From the IMG/VR virus record IMGVR_UViG_3300001687_000010: DNA of 64,000 bases. One strand, given 5' to 3'. Source of the DNA: a virus (Duplodnaviria > Heunggongvirae > Uroviricota > Caudoviricetes). Below, in pieces: positions 62,038-64,000 of this stretch (position 1 is the stretch's first letter; each line of letters opens with the position of its first letter). A program made the position numbers and the translations under genes. Below the pieces are notes generated by a model. It was not told the DNA's origin and ran no database searches. It saw only the letters and a program-made list of their open reading frames with translations.

Positions 62038-62759
62038 TGAACGATTTTGACGATATTATGGATATTGTGGGCGGTGCTAATAAAAAGCAATATGTTTGTT
62101 TTGTTATGGACCATAGTGGCTCGATGGGCGAAAAAATGGAAGCCTTAAAACTGGATTCTAAACGGAAGAGTGATTTGGCTATGTCTAATTTTAACGAGCA
62201 ACTTCAGGCGTTAAAGGCCGAAGTGGATATGGACGTTATCGTAACCATTGTGGAGTTTGATAACCAGTTTAAATGCCCGGTCGAAAATAAGCTGATAGAG
62301 TCTATTGAGCCATTAAAAAATTACTGGACGGGCGGAATGACTGCGTTATATGACGCAATTGCTTTCGGGATTACAAAAGTGCAATCCATGATGGATAAAG
62401 ACCCAAGTGATGATAAGGCCGCATTGGTTATTATCCAGACGGACGGGCAAGAAAATTATTCGCAGGAATATCAGGGTGACGAAGGGCGTTTACGGCTTAA
62501 AGAACGCATTGAAGAACTTGAAAAAACGGACTTATGGACGTTTACATTCCTTGGTGAAAATATCGATAAAAAGATTGCTATGGATATGGGCTTACAAGCC
62601 GGTAATGTTTTAAATTACGCCGGGACGCATGATGGTTATAAAATGTCGAATGAGGTTACTATGTCCGGTATTAGTAAATATTTGAATGCCCGGAAAGCCG
62701 GTGATACATATGTAACTGATTTTATGACGGATTATGAAGAATCTGAAGGTGAAAAATGA
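62037..62759 (+). CDS. von Willebrand factor A (vWA) domain protein
   Basis: MIDAS motifs VMDHSGSM...T...IIQTDGQEN. Confidence 0.7.
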   Translation: MNDFDDIMDIVGGANKKQYVCFVMDHSGSMGEKMEALKLDSKRKSDLAMSNFNEQLQALKAEVDMDVIVTIVEFDNQFKCPVENKLIESIEPLKNYWTGGMTALYDAIAFGITKVQSMMDKDPSDDKAALVIIQTDGQENYSQEYQGDEGRLRLKERIEELEKTDLWTFTFLGENIDKKIAMDMGLQAGNVLNYAGTHDGYKMSNEVTMSGISKYLNARKAGDTYVTDFMTDYEESEGEK

Positions 62760-63061
62760 ATATTCCAGAAAAATTAAAGATTTTGGGTAAATATATTACA
62801 GTAGCCAAAGTGGATAAAATCGATGATGATGATAATTTTTTAGGCATGTGGAAAGCTGCAGAACGCAGAATCGAGTTACGGGCGGATGATGATGAATCGG
62901 ATATAAATGAAATTTTTTTACACGAGATAATAGAGTGTATAAATGATAGATGTGATTTGGGCTTAAATCATACCAAATTAAGCGTATTATCTGAGGTTTT
63001 ATGGCAAATTATAGGCGACAATAATTTGGATTTTAGGAGGGACAATGAGTCAGGAGTATAA
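62756..63061 (+). CDS. hypothetical protein
   Basis: 101-aa ORF. Confidence 0.4.
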   Translation: MNIPEKLKILGKYITVAKVDKIDDDDNFLGMWKAAERRIELRADDDESDINEIFLHEIIECINDRCDLGLNHTKLSVLSEVLWQIIGDNNLDFRRDNESGV

Positions 63062-63221
63062 AGGAGAGTTAATTAAAGACCCGAAACCTAACGGCAAAAT
63101 GCTCACAAAAGAGGAAAAAAAGGGCAAACTTCTTAAATCGGAAGGCGCAAAGGGCAATCCGTTATGGAAAGATGATAAACTAAATGAGCAAAAAAATGCC
63201 AAAAAACGGCTAAATGAGTAA
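63045..63221 (+). CDS. Lys-rich micro-protein (58 aa)
   Basis: TTAGGAGG SD. Overlaps the previous stop by 17 nt. Confidence 0.35.
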   Translation: MSQEYKGELIKDPKPNGKMLTKEEKKGKLLKSEGAKGNPLWKDDKLNEQKNAKKRLNE

Positions 63222-63263
63222 TAGAACCCTAAGTAAATAATTTTTTTATTTTGCGAATGTTTG

Positions 63264-63291
63264 TTTACAATTGGGAAAAATGTGTTATAAT
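63264..63291 (+). promoter_or_regulatory. promoter GTTTGTTTACAAT-N16-TGtTATAAT (extended -10)
   Basis: Upstream of the secreted-protein gene at 63358. Confidence 0.55.
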
Positions 63292-63357
63292 AGCGTATTA
63301 TTTTAACAATGACCATAAGGTCAAATAACCTAAACTCATAGGAAAGGAGAAAATTCT

Positions 63358-64000
63358 ATGAAAAAATTGTTTATTTTAGTTGTGGCAATGGCGTTGGTTA
63401 TCGGTGCCGGTAATGTGTTTGCATTTGGTGATATTGAAGACAATGATACCACCAATAATGGTATCATTGGTGATAAAAATCATCACAACATTATTAATAC
63501 TGGTGAAATGAATAATGGCCCGTTAGCCGGTGGAACTGTTATTAACAAAGGCGGCGAAGGTGGAGATGGTGGAAGTGTAAATATTGGAAATGGTATGTTG
63601 AATAAAAACTTTTCACCGGAAGCAACAATCGAGAAAGGTGCCGTTGATATTGATATTGAAGGCGATAAGCAAATCAATAAGCAGTTGGCCATTCAAGGCA
63701 ATAAGCAAAGTATGGTTTATAATGAGGCCAAAAACCCTGTAAATTATGACCATATTTCGGCTACTGCACCTTCTTCAACACCGGATATGATTACTCACCC
63801 GGATGCCGATGATATTAAAACCAAATTCGGCCTTTTTGAAGAATTGACGGAAGGCGAGATTACTCAGGTTCAGGCCCGTATGGCTTCTAAAGGCGCACCG
63901 GATGTTAAGGTTTTGAAGTCCCTTATGTTTGAGGGCAAAGACCAACTGAACAACCTTTTTCTTACCGACAAAAAGCGTGGAACCTATATGGGTACGATTA
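63358..64000 (+). CDS. secreted protein with signal peptide; 3' truncated by the window edge
   Basis: GGAAAGGAGAA SD. Signal peptide MKKLFILVVAMALVIGAGNVFA. Frame open to the end of the window. Start coordinate approximate. Confidence 0.5.
   Translation, partial: MKKLFILVVAMALVIGAGNVFAFGDIEDNDTTNNGIIGDKNHHNIINTGEMNNGPLAGGTVINKGGEGGDGGSVNIGNGMLNKNFSPEATIEKGAVDIDIEGDKQINKQLAIQGNKQSMVYNEAKNPVNYDHISATAPSSTPDMITHPDADDIKTKFGLFEELTEGEITQVQARMASKGAPDVKVLKSLMFEGKDQLNNLFLTDKKRGTYMGTI

Noticed and set aside
1-64000. Possibility of stop-codon reassignment (alternative genetic code), as in some large gut phages
   Set aside because: Standard-code ORFs tile the sequence densely. Stops of all three kinds terminate well-supported genes. 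No recoded frame is needed anywhere.

Overview
This 64 kb AT-rich window reads as a contiguous piece of a large lytic, T4-like dsDNA phage genome. It is gene-dense under the standard genetic code. I see no integrase, no CRISPR array and no rRNA.

Layout, left to right:
- 1-5548 (+): virion/tail-fiber-like structural genes, including a beta-helix tailspike-like protein.
- 5550-8024 (+): small ORFs, several with a conserved N-terminal leader.
- 8017-17697 (mostly -): lytic transglycosylase + LysM endolysin, family B DNA polymerase (gp43-like), DnaB-family helicase (gp41-like), then UvsY-like and UvsW on the + strand.
- 18163-29179 (+): auxiliary proteins.
- 29323-35716 (-): a ubiquitin-like conjugation operon, then sliding clamp and clamp loader (gp45/gp44/gp62-like) and an HU protein.
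- 35864-40062 (+): small proteins.
- about 40.3-57.4 kb: a tRNA-rich region with about 29 tRNA genes interleaved with Zn-ribbon micro-ORFs, two HNH endonucleases and a disrupted DNA methyltransferase.
- 57.6-64 kb: HD hydrolase, HNH endonuclease, glycosyltransferase-like protein, thioredoxin, vWA protein and a partial secreted protein.

The two main findings are:
1. A complete ThiS/MoaD-like Ubl, unknown 300-aa protein, E1-like (ThiF) protein and JAB/MPN metalloprotease operon (29323-32242, minus strand) carried by a phage, with its own promoter, terminator and a 16-bp palindrome.
2. About 18 proteins (5550-8024, 16773-17670, 21860-29179) with a near-invariant N-terminal decapeptide, consensus M-[RK]-[FLY]-[KR]-x-[YF]-[LI]-x-E. 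As I recall, this closely resembles the T4 capsid targeting sequence MKTYQEFIAE with its (L/I)xE prohead-protease site. That points to an expanded set of capsid-packaged, injected proteins. Members include a CCA-adding tRNA nucleotidyltransferase, a J-domain protein and an ATP-grasp enzyme.

The tRNA region also contains aberrant, duplicated and apparently circularly permuted tRNA-like elements.

A phage-type promoter GTTTACAAT-N16/17-TATAAT recurs at least 11 times.

Coordinates of features that are not in the supplied ORF track (small ORFs, tRNAs, motifs) were placed by hand and may be off by a few nucleotides.
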